Shown piece by piece: positions 18,495 to 28,488 of a DNA stretch of 64,000 nucleotides. The notes below the pieces were generated by a model that ran no database searches, had not been told where the DNA came from, and was given only the letters and a program-made list of their open reading frames with translations. The stretch spans positions 480,001 through 544,000 of the forward strand of contig CBDCQT010000012.1 in NCBI GenBank assembly GCA_965220745.1, written 5' to 3'. The DNA is from Alphaproteobacteria bacterium (GTDB taxonomy: Bacteria; Pseudomonadota; Alphaproteobacteria; UBA828). Both the position numbers and the translations under genes were made by a program. Each line of letters begins with the position of its first letter. The stretch's first letter is position 1.

Positions 18495-18743
18495 CTAAAT
18501 GCAGTCAAAGTGGAAATGTTTGATGGTGCAGGCCTCGTCCTTGCATTGGACCTTGGTGGGCTGCGCGACCTTGCCGTGAACTGCGCATCCCCTCTCGGCT
18601 GCGCTCCACACCCTTTGCTCTTGGGTCAAGTAACCCGCCTTTATGACGATGTTGCCGCTGTCGAGGTGTTCGACGACCGACGCGAACTGAGCGCAACCGG
18701 CAACGGCCAAGGCGACGATCCCGACAACCAGCAGGCGTCTCAT
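18495..18743 (-). CDS. Small Cys-rich lipoprotein (82 aa), hypothetical
   Basis: Signal peptide with lipobox VAGC; four further Cys; GGGAGG RBS; TATAAT on the minus strand at 18856-18861. Confidence 0.8.
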   Translation of the reverse strand: MRRLLVVGIVALAVAGCAQFASVVEHLDSGNIVIKAGYLTQEQRVWSAAERGCAVHGKVAQPTKVQCKDEACTIKHFHFDCI

Positions 18744-18951
18744 CGTTCCCTCCCTGCGTTGATCGCGCGCGCCTCGGACTTGCCGCCAAGGGTCGCAGAC
18801 GATGCGCGGCGCGTCAGGCTGGCCTCATGCTGCACCGCTCGCGCCGCTTACCACCATTATAGGGCTGTCCCTGGCCTCTCGTGTCCCGTTTTGAAGGGTC
18901 GCCGGACGCCGGATCGGCGTGCGCCCGCTCCACCAGTTACTCCCCCACACC

Positions 18952-18998
18952 GAGATGCCCGGACTTGCCCGGACTTGTTCCGGGTATCCGGGCGTCTC
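18952..18998. repeat. Nested REP variant (R2)
   Basis: GAGATGCCCGGA-CTTG-CCCGGACTTGTTCCGGG-TA-TCCGGGCGTCTC; same nested form at 35855-35897. Confidence 0.75.
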
Positions 18999-19119
18999 TT
19001 TCGACCAGTCCGACCGTGCGTGGGTGGGCACGTGGGTTGCGCGCCGGTCCGCGCGGTAAGTTATTGAAATGGCGTGATACGACGAGGTCGAATTCGCACG
19101 CCAAACAACAATCGGGGAC

Positions 19120-20373
19120 TTACACGGCGGCCCAGTGGGAACCTTCGATCCCGCCGACCCGCCGGCCGGACTTGATGTGGATGCGCCGGCCGGGGAGGCG
19201 CCGCAGGACATCGACCAGGTTGGTCGCCTCGAACACCACCAGGTCGGCGGGGGAGCCTGCGGCAACCTCGGGCACAGGCGCGCCGATGATCTTCGCCGCC
19301 CGCGTGGTCACCATCTCGAAGCCCTCGCGGACCTCCTCGTCGAGCCTCATGCCGGCGCTGTGCACGGTCATGTAGGCGAGCTCCACCGGGTCCATCCGGT
19401 TGAAGCGATACCAGATGTCGTACATGTTGTCGGCGCCGGCGGCGACGTTGATGCCGGCGTCGAGCATCTCCTTCACCCGTGACGAGCCCCGGTTCTGGGG
19501 CGTCCGGCCCTCACCGCCCAGCATCTGGAGATTGGCGATCGGCAGCACGGTGACCGCCATGTCGGCGTCCAGCACCTTGTCGATCACCCGCGTCGCCTCC
19601 TCGTCGGGATAGACCGCGAGCGCGTTGCAGTGGCTGGCGACGACCCGGCCCTGCATGCCGTGGGCAACGGTGGCCTCGGCCAGCATCTCCAGCGTCTTGA
19701 GCTCGGCCCGGTCCATGTAGTCGGCGTGCATCTCCACGCCCACGTCGAACTCGGCGGCGAGGTCGAGCACCGTCTCGACGTGGGTGCGCTGGTCTTCCAC
19801 CGAAGCCTCGACTTCCGGCAGGCCGCCGACCGCTGCAGCGCCCATGCCGAGCGCCTCGCGCAGCAGCGCCGGCGCCTCCGGGTCCGCGACGATCCCTTCC
19901 TGGGGGAAGGCCACGAGGGTGACGTCGACGACGCCGGCGAAGCGATCGCGCGCGCGCATCACGCCTTCGAAGGAGACCAGCTTGGTTGCGAAGTCCACGT
20001 CGATCTGGGCGTGCAGGCGGCCGATGCCGTGGGCCGCGGCGAGCCTGAGGGCGGTGCTGGCGCGCTCCTCCACGTCGGCGAGGGTGAAATGGATCTTGGC
20101 CTCGCGGGCGCGGTCCAAGGCCTCCTGCGGCCCGCGCGCACCGAGCAGGTCGCGGCTCAGCACCTTGTCGATGTGGAAGTGGGGATCGACGAAGGAGGGC
20201 GTGACCAGCCCGCCGCGCGCGTCGACACGCGCCGCCGCGTGGCCGTCGAGGGTAGGCGCGACCGCCTCGATACGGCCGTCGCGGATGCCGATGGAGACCG
20301 GTACCGCATCATCGAGACGCACTGCGTCGTGAATGAGAAGGTCCCACTCGGGGCCCGGAGCCGCGTCCGTCAT
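19120..20373 (-). CDS. Amidohydrolase, cytosine/creatinine deaminase-like
   Basis: FVDPHFHIDK, VAFPQEG, MHAD, SHC, GADN and PADLVVF motifs. Confidence 0.88.
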   Translation of the reverse strand: MTDAAPGPEWDLLIHDAVRLDDAVPVSIGIRDGRIEAVAPTLDGHAAARVDARGGLVTPSFVDPHFHIDKVLSRDLLGARGPQEALDRAREAKIHFTLADVEERASTALRLAAAHGIGRLHAQIDVDFATKLVSFEGVMRARDRFAGVVDVTLVAFPQEGIVADPEAPALLREALGMGAAAVGGLPEVEASVEDQRTHVETVLDLAAEFDVGVEMHADYMDRAELKTLEMLAEATVAHGMQGRVVASHCNALAVYPDEEATRVIDKVLDADMAVTVLPIANLQMLGGEGRTPQNRGSSRVKEMLDAGINVAAGADNMYDIWYRFNRMDPVELAYMTVHSAGMRLDEEVREGFEMVTTRAAKIIGAPVPEVAAGSPADLVVFEATNLVDVLRRLPGRRIHIKSGRRVGGIEGSHWAAV

Positions 20374-20412
20374 GTCTCCTCCGCCGTCAATGATTTCGTC
20401 GAGGCCGCGCCG

Positions 20413-21618
20413 TTATTCCCAGTAGATCGGCGAGGTGGTGATGACCTCGACGCTGTCCTTGTGGACGATCAGGTTCTGCTCGAAGCCCACCGCGCCGACC
20501 CCCTCCCAGGCGAGGAAGGCCTCGGAACTGCAGACCATGTTCTCCTGGATGAGCTGGTCCTCGTCGCAGGTCGAAAGACCGTACATCGGATTTTCGAACA
20601 TCATGTCGCAGAGGTGGCCGTAGAGCGGCCATTGCAGGCCGGCCTGGTCGACCGTGTCGCCGCCGCCCGCTTCCCTGGTCAGCCGGTCGCCCTCGCGTGC
20701 GAGCTCGTGGGGTGAGACGCCGGGGCGGATCTTCGCCATCACGCCGTCGACGATGCCCATGCAGGCTTCCATCAGCTCGCGCTGGGTGTTGCTCGGCCGG
20801 CGCCCGCATACCGCCGTCCGCCCCGGGTCCAGAAAATACCCGTGCCGCATCGGCCCCATGATCCAGGCGCGCACGAAGTCGCCGTCTGCGGGCGCGGAAT
20901 CGGGATCGGCGCCGCTCAGCGGGTAGCGGCTAAAATTGTTCATCTCGTCGCCGGTGCCGTGGGAGAGGCGGATGATCGCGGGAATGCCGCCCCGGCGCAC
21001 CACTTCGGCGGCGCCGGCGGCCGCCGCCTCCGCTTCGGTCTGGCCTGAGACAAGGCCCTCCATGATGAGCGTCAGCGCGCGGCTCGCGATGTCGCCGGCC
21101 TCGCGAAAGACCTCCAGTTCGCGCGGGCTCTTGACGTGCTGCACCGACTTGACGAGGTCGTCCTCCGGGCACCAATCGATACGCGGGCACCATTCGCGCA
21201 GCCAGTCCATGTACTTGCAGGGCAGAAAGTCGGTGCCGACGATGGCGACCGGGCCGGTGATCCCCTGCGCGTTGAGCGCGTCCGCCGTGCCCCTGATTGG
21301 GTTCTGGTGCCAGTGCCAGTTGTCAGTTGCGAGCCAGTCCGCCGGCTCCAGGAGCTCGTCGTTGTGCAGCTCGGGCTCCCGGCCCGCGCGCATGATCACG
21401 GCGTTGTGGCCGCGCCCCTGCCAGAGGTTGTTGTCCGGCGTCTGGCCTGGGTGCCCCGAATAGTGGTTCACCAGCCAGAGCAGGTTGGCGCAGCGGTCGT
21501 AAGAGCTCGCGCCGCGCGACCAGATCACCGCCGTCTCGTAACCCCGGCGTGCCATCTCGGCATGAACCTTGGCCCAGCGCGCCTCGTATTCCTCTCTGGG
21601 AAAGACCTGGCTCGTCAT
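20413..21618 (-). CDS. M24 (creatinase/Xaa-Pro peptidase) family protein
   Basis: FPREEYEARWAKV N-terminal domain, VKSPRELEVFREA, DPGRT, YGH, GFEQN. Confidence 0.85.
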   Translation of the reverse strand: MTSQVFPREEYEARWAKVHAEMARRGYETAVIWSRGASSYDRCANLLWLVNHYSGHPGQTPDNNLWQGRGHNAVIMRAGREPELHNDELLEPADWLATDNWHWHQNPIRGTADALNAQGITGPVAIVGTDFLPCKYMDWLREWCPRIDWCPEDDLVKSVQHVKSPRELEVFREAGDIASRALTLIMEGLVSGQTEAEAAAAGAAEVVRRGGIPAIIRLSHGTGDEMNNFSRYPLSGADPDSAPADGDFVRAWIMGPMRHGYFLDPGRTAVCGRRPSNTQRELMEACMGIVDGVMAKIRPGVSPHELAREGDRLTREAGGGDTVDQAGLQWPLYGHLCDMMFENPMYGLSTCDEDQLIQENMVCSSEAFLAWEGVGAVGFEQNLIVHKDSVEVITTSPIYWE

Positions 21619-21684
21619 GGCCGCCCCCTTCGACCTGCCGTCGCGGAAGGTTACTTCCATCGGCGGCTTTCCACCAACCGGCCC

Positions 21685-21857
21685 GGGCGTTCCCGTTTGG
21701 CACGGAAACGCCCTCGCACTATTTCGCTCACGGCAGCCGGCCTATGGCCGGCGCCTCCGCGTCGCGCGTCCACGCGCGCTGGCGCGCGATGGCGCCGCAG
21801 GAGCGGCGGGCCGCAGTCGCGGCCTGTCGCGAGTCCGTCGAAGACGGACTCGCTCTA
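21685..21857 (-). repeat. Repeat family R1, copy B (long form)
   Basis: Reverse complement begins TAGAGCGAGTCCGTC-TTC-GACGGACTCG and ends in the hairpin GGGCGTTTCCG...CGGGAACGCCC. Confidence 0.9.
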
Positions 21858-22220
21858 CCGCTGCCTCCTCGACCACAGTCGGGCGCCGGGGCCATGCTGC
21901 TCGGCAACGGTGAACCGCTCGGCCGCAATCAGGGCGTCCAGCGCCTCCCGGAGTGAGCGGCCGGATACCAGGTACTTGCTGATCTTGCCGGGCGGGAGCG
22001 TCAGATCGCGCTGCTTGAGCGCGCCCGAGACATAAGCACGTATCTCGGCGAAGGAGCGGGGCTCGGCGAGGATCGGCGCGAGCAGCCCGTCAAATTCGTC
22101 GAGCCCAAGCGCCGTCTCCCATTCGACGGTGATCTTCTGCTCGAAGCTGTAGCTGCCTTCCAGCAGGATCGCATCGGGGCTCGGCCGGCCGGCCCGCCTA
22201 GCGCGCCGCGCCTGCGCCAT
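21855..22220 (-). CDS. Hypothetical protein or gene fragment (about 121 aa)
   Basis: Protein-like composition (DAILLEGSYSFE...WETALGLDEFDGLLAPILAEPRS); overlaps the LysR 3' end; start uncertain. Confidence 0.45.
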   Translation of the reverse strand: MAQARRARRAGRPSPDAILLEGSYSFEQKITVEWETALGLDEFDGLLAPILAEPRSFAEIRAYVSGALKQRDLTLPPGKISKYLVSGRSLREALDALIAAERFTVAEQHGPGARLWSRRQR

Positions 22221-23142
22221 GGGCCACCGCCTTGGGCCCCAGCACCTTCGTCCTGTTGAGCCTGCGGTCGAGCACCTCGACAATGGCGGCAGTCAGCGCG
22301 CGAATGGCGCCGGTCGCCCCGGCAGGATTCCAGAAGAGGCCGATATCGAAGTCGTCGAGAGCGGGCAGCTCCGGACAAGGCGGCAGCGGGCGGAGCGTGG
22401 GCGGCACGGTGCTCTGCGATATCGCCGTGAGACCGAGGCCGCTCTCGATCGCCGCCTGGTTGCCGGCGAGATTCGAGCTGGAATAGACGATCCTGTACGG
22501 GATGTCGCGGCGCCGCAGCGCGCTGAGCACGCGCAGTCGGTACTGGCAACCATCCGGGAAAAGGACCAGCGGGAGCGGGCGCCGTGCGCGCAGATCGTGG
22601 ATCTGGCTGCCGACCCAGGCCATCGGCTCGCGCCACTGATCCGTCAGGTGGGCGGTCGATCGGTCGTCGTGCACGGCCAGCACGACGTCGAACGCGTTCC
22701 GGGCGAGCCCGCCGACGAGGTCGCGGCTCAGCTCGCAGGTCACGTCGAGCGCAATGTCCGGGTGGGTCTCGGAGAACCGGCCAAGCAGCTGCGGCAGGAA
22801 CGAGAGCGCGAAGTCGCTGGGAATGCCGACGCGGATCGTCCCGGTCAGGATGCCGCCGTCCAGGCGGCCCACGCATTCGTCGTTCAACGCCACGATCTGC
22901 TTGGCATACTCGAGGACGATCTCGCCCTGCGGCGTGAGACCGAAGGACTTGCCCGAATTGGTGAGGATCGGAGAGCCGACGATCTGCAGCAGCCGCCGCA
23001 TCTGCAGGCTTACCGCCGACTGCGAGCGGCCGATCTCTTCGCCGGTGCGCGAGAAGCTCTGCGTCCGGTCCAGAACGAGCAGCGTTCTCAACAGGTCGAT
23101 CGGGAGGATGCGTTCCATTCGTGCATCATGAGCGGTGCTCAT
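22198..23142 (-). CDS. LysR-family transcriptional regulator
   Basis: IDLLRTLL...SFSRTGEEIGRSQSAVSLQMRRL HTH, LTPQG, GTIRVG; divergent from the creatinase-like operon. Confidence 0.93.
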   Translation of the reverse strand: MSTAHDARMERILPIDLLRTLLVLDRTQSFSRTGEEIGRSQSAVSLQMRRLLQIVGSPILTNSGKSFGLTPQGEIVLEYAKQIVALNDECVGRLDGGILTGTIRVGIPSDFALSFLPQLLGRFSETHPDIALDVTCELSRDLVGGLARNAFDVVLAVHDDRSTAHLTDQWREPMAWVGSQIHDLRARRPLPLVLFPDGCQYRLRVLSALRRRDIPYRIVYSSSNLAGNQAAIESGLGLTAISQSTVPPTLRPLPPCPELPALDDFDIGLFWNPAGATGAIRALTAAIVEVLDRRLNRTKVLGPKAVAHGAGAAR

Positions 23143-23150
23143 GGAACTAT

Positions 23151-23176
23151 ATTGACTATTAATGCGGATAATCAAT
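23151..23176. promoter_or_regulatory. Putative LysR-type binding site
   Basis: AT-rich imperfect palindrome ATTGACTAT-N8-ATAATCAAT containing T-N11-A, in the divergent intergenic region. Confidence 0.55.
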
Positions 23177-23261
23177 CGCACGGTGCTATTGGTGGTCGCT
23201 GCCGCCTCGTAAACTGACGGGATTCGTTGCCGAGAATGACAACAGTGTGGAGGGGGACGCC

Positions 23262-24500
23262 GTGACCGACACGGAGAGGATCACCACGCAGAAGGTCTGG
23301 AGCGTCGGCGAGATGCAACGGCGTCTGCGCAACCTGCACGCGCTGATGGACGAGCGATCGCTCGACGCCGTGATCCTGACCAGCCTTCACAACGTTCTCT
23401 ATTACACCGGGTTCTTCTGCCCGCCCTTCGGCCGGCTGCACTCTGCGGTGATCCCGAGGAATGGCGAGCCCGCGCTGATCGTCTCCCTCATCGAAGACGT
23501 CCGGCCCCGGCACTGCTGCTACTACGAGGACATCCGCCTCTTCCATGACTGGGAGATGAGCCCGCTCGAAAACAACCTGCGGCTCTTCGGCGAGGTGCTG
23601 CGCGACAACGGCATGGTGAGCGGCCGCCTGGGCTACGAGGAAGATTCGGTCTCGGTCGCGTTCAAGGCGATGATCGACCATGCGCTCGGCGGCTTCGAGT
23701 TCGCCGACGTGGCCTACGACACCATGCGCCAGCGCCTGGTCAAGTCGGAGGAGGAGATCGCCCTCATCCGGCAGGGCGTCAAGGTCTGCGAGGTCGGCGG
23801 CTACGCCGCGCTGGAGGCACTGAAGACGGGCGTGACCGAAGTCGAGATGGCGCGCGCCGCCAATTCCGCGATCGAGGACGAGCTCCGCCGGCGCTTCCCC
23901 GACATCGAGGTCGACAACGTCAACATGTGCTGGATTCAGACCGGCCCTTACCGCAGCCGCGTCGGCCACATCATGAACGCGCACCGGGTGGTGCAGAAGG
24001 GCGAGATGATCAGCGTGAACCCCTACGCGATCATCGGCGGCTACTACCACGTCCTCGAGCGCAGCCTCTATTGGGGGCACATCCCGGACGATGCGCTTGC
24101 GGTCTTCAAGACCAACGTCGAGGCGCATCACGCGGGGCTGCGGACGCTGCGCGCCGGCATCAAGTGCTCGGACGTCGACAAGGTGATCAACCCGATCTAC
24201 CGCGAAGCGGGCCTGCTGGAGGGGCGCTCCTTCGGCACCGGCCACTCGGTCGGCATCATGTGCATCTGGTACGGGCGCGAGGAGGGGGGCGAGCTGCGCC
24301 AGTACAACGACACGGTGCTCGAAGAGAACATGGTCGTGACCATGGAGCCGATGGTGAACGTCGACGGTCTCGGCGGCTTCCGCCACCACGACATCTGCCG
24401 CATCACCGCCGACGGCATCGAGAACCTCAACACCTTCCCGCGCGGCGTCCTGTTGGCGCAGGACGACGGGAGCCTGGAGGAGCTTTGGCTGCCTTCCTAG
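23262..24500 (+). CDS. Creatinase-like amidinohydrolase (M24 fold)
   Basis: TSLHNVLYY, PFGR, GYYHVLERS, FGTGHSVG, YGREEGGELR and MEPM match motifs recalled for creatine amidinohydrolase; GGAGG RBS. Confidence 0.85.
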   Translation: MTDTERITTQKVWSVGEMQRRLRNLHALMDERSLDAVILTSLHNVLYYTGFFCPPFGRLHSAVIPRNGEPALIVSLIEDVRPRHCCYYEDIRLFHDWEMSPLENNLRLFGEVLRDNGMVSGRLGYEEDSVSVAFKAMIDHALGGFEFADVAYDTMRQRLVKSEEEIALIRQGVKVCEVGGYAALEALKTGVTEVEMARAANSAIEDELRRRFPDIEVDNVNMCWIQTGPYRSRVGHIMNAHRVVQKGEMISVNPYAIIGGYYHVLERSLYWGHIPDDALAVFKTNVEAHHAGLRTLRAGIKCSDVDKVINPIYREAGLLEGRSFGTGHSVGIMCIWYGREEGGELRQYNDTVLEENMVVTMEPMVNVDGLGGFRHHDICRITADGIENLNTFPRGVLLAQDDGSLEELWLPS

Positions 24501-24534
24501 ATTTGGCCGTCGGTCCGACGCAGCGAGCGGTGCG

Positions 24535-26595
24535 ATGACTGCCCGGCTTGCCGCGGACATCGGCGGCACCTTCACCGACCTGGTGCTGCTGGATCCCGGC
24601 GGCGGTGTGCATGTCGCGAAGACACTGTCGACGCCGGGCGATTTCAAGGAAGGCGTGCTGAGCGGCGTCGAGAGAATCCTGTCGGATGCCGGGACGGTGC
24701 GGGGGCAGGATATTGCGCTCGCCGACGTCGACTACTTCGTGCATGGCGCAACCGTCGTGCTCAACGCGCTGCTGGAGCGGAAGCTGCCGCAGGCTGCGCT
24801 GGTGACCACGGCAGGGTTTCGGGACGTGCTGGAGATCATGCGCACCAACAACCCCCGCATGTACGACCTCAAGTGGGTGAAGCCGAAGCCGATCATCCCG
24901 CGCCATCTGCGCTTCGAGGTCGCCGAGCGCGTCCGTCACACCGGCGAGGCGCTGTGTGCGCTGGACGAGGCGGGCACCCGCGAGGTCGCGCGCCGGATCG
25001 CGGAGCTCGGCATCCGCTCCGTCGCGCTCTGCTTCCTCCATGCCTACGCCAACCCGGACCATGAGCGCCGCGCCCGAAAGATTATTCTGGAGGAGCACCC
25101 GGAGGCGCACGTCACGATCTCGTCCGATGTCGCGAGCGAGCTGAGGGAGTTCGAGCGCACCTCGACGGTCGCGATCAACGCCAGCACGATCCCGATCATC
25201 TCGGCCTATCTGGACGGACTGTCGCGGGCGCTGAGCGACCGGGGCCTGGAGCGGGAGCTCTTCGTGATGCAGTCGAACGGCGGCGTCATCACGAGCCGGA
25301 CCGCCCGGTCGTTGCCGGTCCGCACCGTGATGTCGGGTCCGGCCGGCGGTGTCGTCGGCGCGCAGTTCATCGCGAACCGCATGGGCTTGCGCGACGTGGC
25401 GACCATCGACATCGGCGGCACCAGCAGCGACATGGGCGTCATTTCCGACGGCTTGGCGCGGACGGTCGACCAGAGCGCGGTCGAGGGCTGGCCGATCATG
25501 GCGCCCACCATCGAGATTCTGGCGATCGGCGCAGGCGGCGGCAGCATGGCCTGGGTCGATGAGGGCGGCGCCTTACGTGTCGGGCCGCAGAGTGCGGGCG
25601 CTCGGCCGGGGCCCGCCTGCTACGGTCTTGGCGGGGACGAGCCCACCGTCTCCGACGCCTGCGTCACCCTCAACCGGCTGAATCCGGACTACTTCCTCGC
25701 GGGCGAGATGGTGCTCGACCGCGCGGCTGCCGAGCGCGCCATCCGCGAGCGGATCGCCGAGCCCCTCGGGATGGACGTCGCCGAGGCCGCCGAAGGTATC
25801 CTCCGGGTCGTCACCGCCAACATGAACAAGGCGATCCGCTCGGTCCTGATCGCGCGGGGCTTCGACATCCGCCAGTTCACCCTCATGGCGTTCGGCGGCG
25901 CGGGCGGCATGGTGGCGGGCGAGCTGCTCCGCATCGGCGACGTGCAGCGGCTGGTCGTGCCCAGCAATCCCGGCGCCGTTTCGGCCATCGGAATGCTGGC
26001 CACCGACCTCCGGCACGACTTTGCGCAGTCTTCGGTGCAGTCCTTTGGCGATGTCGAGTGGGGCGAAGTCCGGCACGCCCTGCGTCATCTTCGAACGCTC
26101 GGCGCGGAACGGCTCCAAGCTGATGGCGTGGACGAAGCGGCAATGCACTTCGACGACGCGCTCGACCTGCGCTACGTCGGGCAGGACTATTACCTCCGCG
26201 TCTACGTCGATATCGACGCTCTCGACGGCGAGCGCATCCGGTCCGATTTCGATCGGCTGCACGAGCACACATACGGCTTCGCCAATCCGGAGTTCGAGGT
26301 CGAGATGGTCAACGCACGAGTCTTCGCCATCGGCGCATTCGAGCGGCCTCAGCTTCCGGAGATTGGTGCCCGTGGCTCGTCGGACGGCCCGCTCTCGCCG
26401 AAGGCGCGTCGTCCGGTGTTCTTCGACGGTGCGTTCGTGGAGACGGACATCTACGATGTGACGGCGCTCTGCGCCGACGATGCGATCGCCGGTCCTTGCG
26501 TCATCGAGGACCCGCGCTCGACAATTGTCGTCATGCCGGGCCAGAGCGCTGCGGTCGATCGGTTTCGCAATCTATCGATCGAGGTCGCGGCTTAG
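24535..26595 (+). CDS. Hydantoinase/oxoprolinase subunit A (N-methylhydantoinase A-like)
   Basis: DIGGTFTD, REFERTST, MQSNGG, SGPAGG, DIGGTS, GPQSAGARPGPACY. Confidence 0.93.
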   Translation: MTARLAADIGGTFTDLVLLDPGGGVHVAKTLSTPGDFKEGVLSGVERILSDAGTVRGQDIALADVDYFVHGATVVLNALLERKLPQAALVTTAGFRDVLEIMRTNNPRMYDLKWVKPKPIIPRHLRFEVAERVRHTGEALCALDEAGTREVARRIAELGIRSVALCFLHAYANPDHERRARKIILEEHPEAHVTISSDVASELREFERTSTVAINASTIPIISAYLDGLSRALSDRGLERELFVMQSNGGVITSRTARSLPVRTVMSGPAGGVVGAQFIANRMGLRDVATIDIGGTSSDMGVISDGLARTVDQSAVEGWPIMAPTIEILAIGAGGGSMAWVDEGGALRVGPQSAGARPGPACYGLGGDEPTVSDACVTLNRLNPDYFLAGEMVLDRAAAERAIRERIAEPLGMDVAEAAEGILRVVTANMNKAIRSVLIARGFDIRQFTLMAFGGAGGMVAGELLRIGDVQRLVVPSNPGAVSAIGMLATDLRHDFAQSSVQSFGDVEWGEVRHALRHLRTLGAERLQADGVDEAAMHFDDALDLRYVGQDYYLRVYVDIDALDGERIRSDFDRLHEHTYGFANPEFEVEMVNARVFAIGAFERPQLPEIGARGSSDGPLSPKARRPVFFDGAFVETDIYDVTALCADDAIAGPCVIEDPRSTIVVMPGQSAAVDRFRNLSIEVAA

Positions 26596-26625
26596 GCCGC
26601 GCGGGGCGCCGGATCAGGGGGCACC

Positions 26626-28449
26626 ATGGCCAAGGCAGTGCATTTCGTTGACGTGGCGCAGGAGGAAACGGTCGATCCGGTCACGCTCGAGGTCGTCCGC
26701 GCCGGCCTGCACTCGATCATCAGCGAGATGTCGATCACGCTGAACCGGACCTCCTATTCGACGATCCTGCGCGAGATCAACGACTACAGCTGCGTCCTGT
26801 TCGACAGCCGGGGCCGGCTTCTGGCTCAGGCCGAAGGCATCCCGATCTTCAACGGCAGCATGAACTTCGTGGTCGATGCGGTGATCGAGAAGTTCCCGCT
26901 CACCGAGATGGAGGAGGGAGACATCTTCCTCTCCAACGATCCCTACACCGCCGGCGGCACGCACAAGAACGACATCAACGTCGTCATGCCGATCTTCTGG
27001 CAGGGCGAGCTGGTGATGCTGGCGGCGAACAAGGCGCACCACCTGGACATCGGCGGCAAGGACCCCGGCAGCTGGTCGGCGGATGCCCGCAACACCTATC
27101 AGGAGGGCCTCTGCCTGCCCGCGCTCAGGCTCGCGCGGCGCGGCGTGATGAATGAGGAGCTGGTCGAGGTCCTGATGGCCAACCTGCGCACGCCGACGCT
27201 CTCCCGCGGCGACTTCTCGGCCCAGATCGCAGCGCTGAAGACCGCGGAACTGCGCACCCACGAGTGGCTGGAGAAGAATGGGGCCGATGCGCTGACCCGG
27301 ACGGCGGACGCGCTGCTGGACCACGGCGAGCGTGTCGTCCGTGCGGCCATCGAGCGAATTCCCGACGGCGTCTACAAGGCATCGGGCTTCGCCGATGGGG
27401 ACGGCGTCTCCGACGAGCCCATTCCCATCGCGGTCACCGTCACGGTCGACGGCAGCGACATCTACATCGACTTCGCTGGCAGCGGCGCCCAGAGAGAAGG
27501 CTCGGCGGGGAACGCCCATTGGGTCGTGACGGTGTCCATGACACGCCAAGCGATGATGTTCTTCACCGACACCGCACTCGGCGGCAACGAGGGATCGTAC
27601 CGGCCGATCCACGTTTCGGCGCCGCCTGGCTGCGTCTTCAACCCGGAATACCCGGCACCTGTAACGACCGGCATGGGCAACATGGGCACGCGGCTGATCG
27701 AGCTGATCTTTCAGGCGCTGGCGGACGTCATCCCTGAGGAGGTCATCGGCGGCACCTTCGGCTGTTTCAGCTGCATGACCCTCGGCGGCAATGACCCCGA
27801 GACCGACGGCGAGTTCGTGCACTTCGAGTGCTATTCCGGCGGCTGGGGCGGGCGCCACCACGCGGACGGCAACAGCGCGACCGTCTCGCTCGGCAGCGGC
27901 GACGCCTACAACATTCCGGTGGAGGTGATGGAGACCACCACGCCGATCCTGCTCTGCGAGAAGTTTGCGCTGCAGGAAGGCTCCGCCGGCGCCGGCAGGC
28001 ATCGCGGCGGCTTCGGCACCGAGATCGACTACCGGATGATGGGCGAGGCCGAGCTCGCCATCGCGCTCGACCGCGAGACCTTCAAGCCCTACGGCCTGTT
28101 CGGCGGGCTTGAGGGGCAGGGCAGCGAGCTCCTGGTCGAGCCCGGCACGCCGTCGGAAGAGCTCTACGTCCGCGCGAGCGGGGTGAAGGTGGCCGAAGGC
28201 GCGCTCGTCCGCCATCGGACGGCAGGCGGGGGCGGCTACGGCCCACCGACCGAGCGCGATCCGGCCCTGGTTGCGGACGATTGCCTGAACGGACTGATCA
28301 CCATTGAGGATGCACGCGACCTTTATGGCGTGGCGATCGATCCCGGCACCTTCGCGCCGAACCTCGACGCCACGGCCGTCCTGCGAAAGGCCCAGCGAGG
28401 ACAGAGCGGGTGCTCGCCCCCGATATCCGAGAGTGAGCGGACGCAGTGA
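26626..28449 (+). CDS. Hydantoinase B/oxoprolinase subunit
   Basis: DPVTLEV, NDPYTAGGTHKND, HHLDIGG, GAGRHRGG, GGGGYG. Confidence 0.93.
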   Translation: MAKAVHFVDVAQEETVDPVTLEVVRAGLHSIISEMSITLNRTSYSTILREINDYSCVLFDSRGRLLAQAEGIPIFNGSMNFVVDAVIEKFPLTEMEEGDIFLSNDPYTAGGTHKNDINVVMPIFWQGELVMLAANKAHHLDIGGKDPGSWSADARNTYQEGLCLPALRLARRGVMNEELVEVLMANLRTPTLSRGDFSAQIAALKTAELRTHEWLEKNGADALTRTADALLDHGERVVRAAIERIPDGVYKASGFADGDGVSDEPIPIAVTVTVDGSDIYIDFAGSGAQREGSAGNAHWVVTVSMTRQAMMFFTDTALGGNEGSYRPIHVSAPPGCVFNPEYPAPVTTGMGNMGTRLIELIFQALADVIPEEVIGGTFGCFSCMTLGGNDPETDGEFVHFECYSGGWGGRHHADGNSATVSLGSGDAYNIPVEVMETTTPILLCEKFALQEGSAGAGRHRGGFGTEIDYRMMGEAELAIALDRETFKPYGLFGGLEGQGSELLVEPGTPSEELYVRASGVKVAEGALVRHRTAGGGGYGPPTERDPALVADDCLNGLITIEDARDLYGVAIDPGTFAPNLDATAVLRKAQRGQSGCSPPISESERTQ

Positions 28450-28488
28450 CTTGGCAACGCGAAGAAAGCTGAAAGGGAGGGCTTGATC

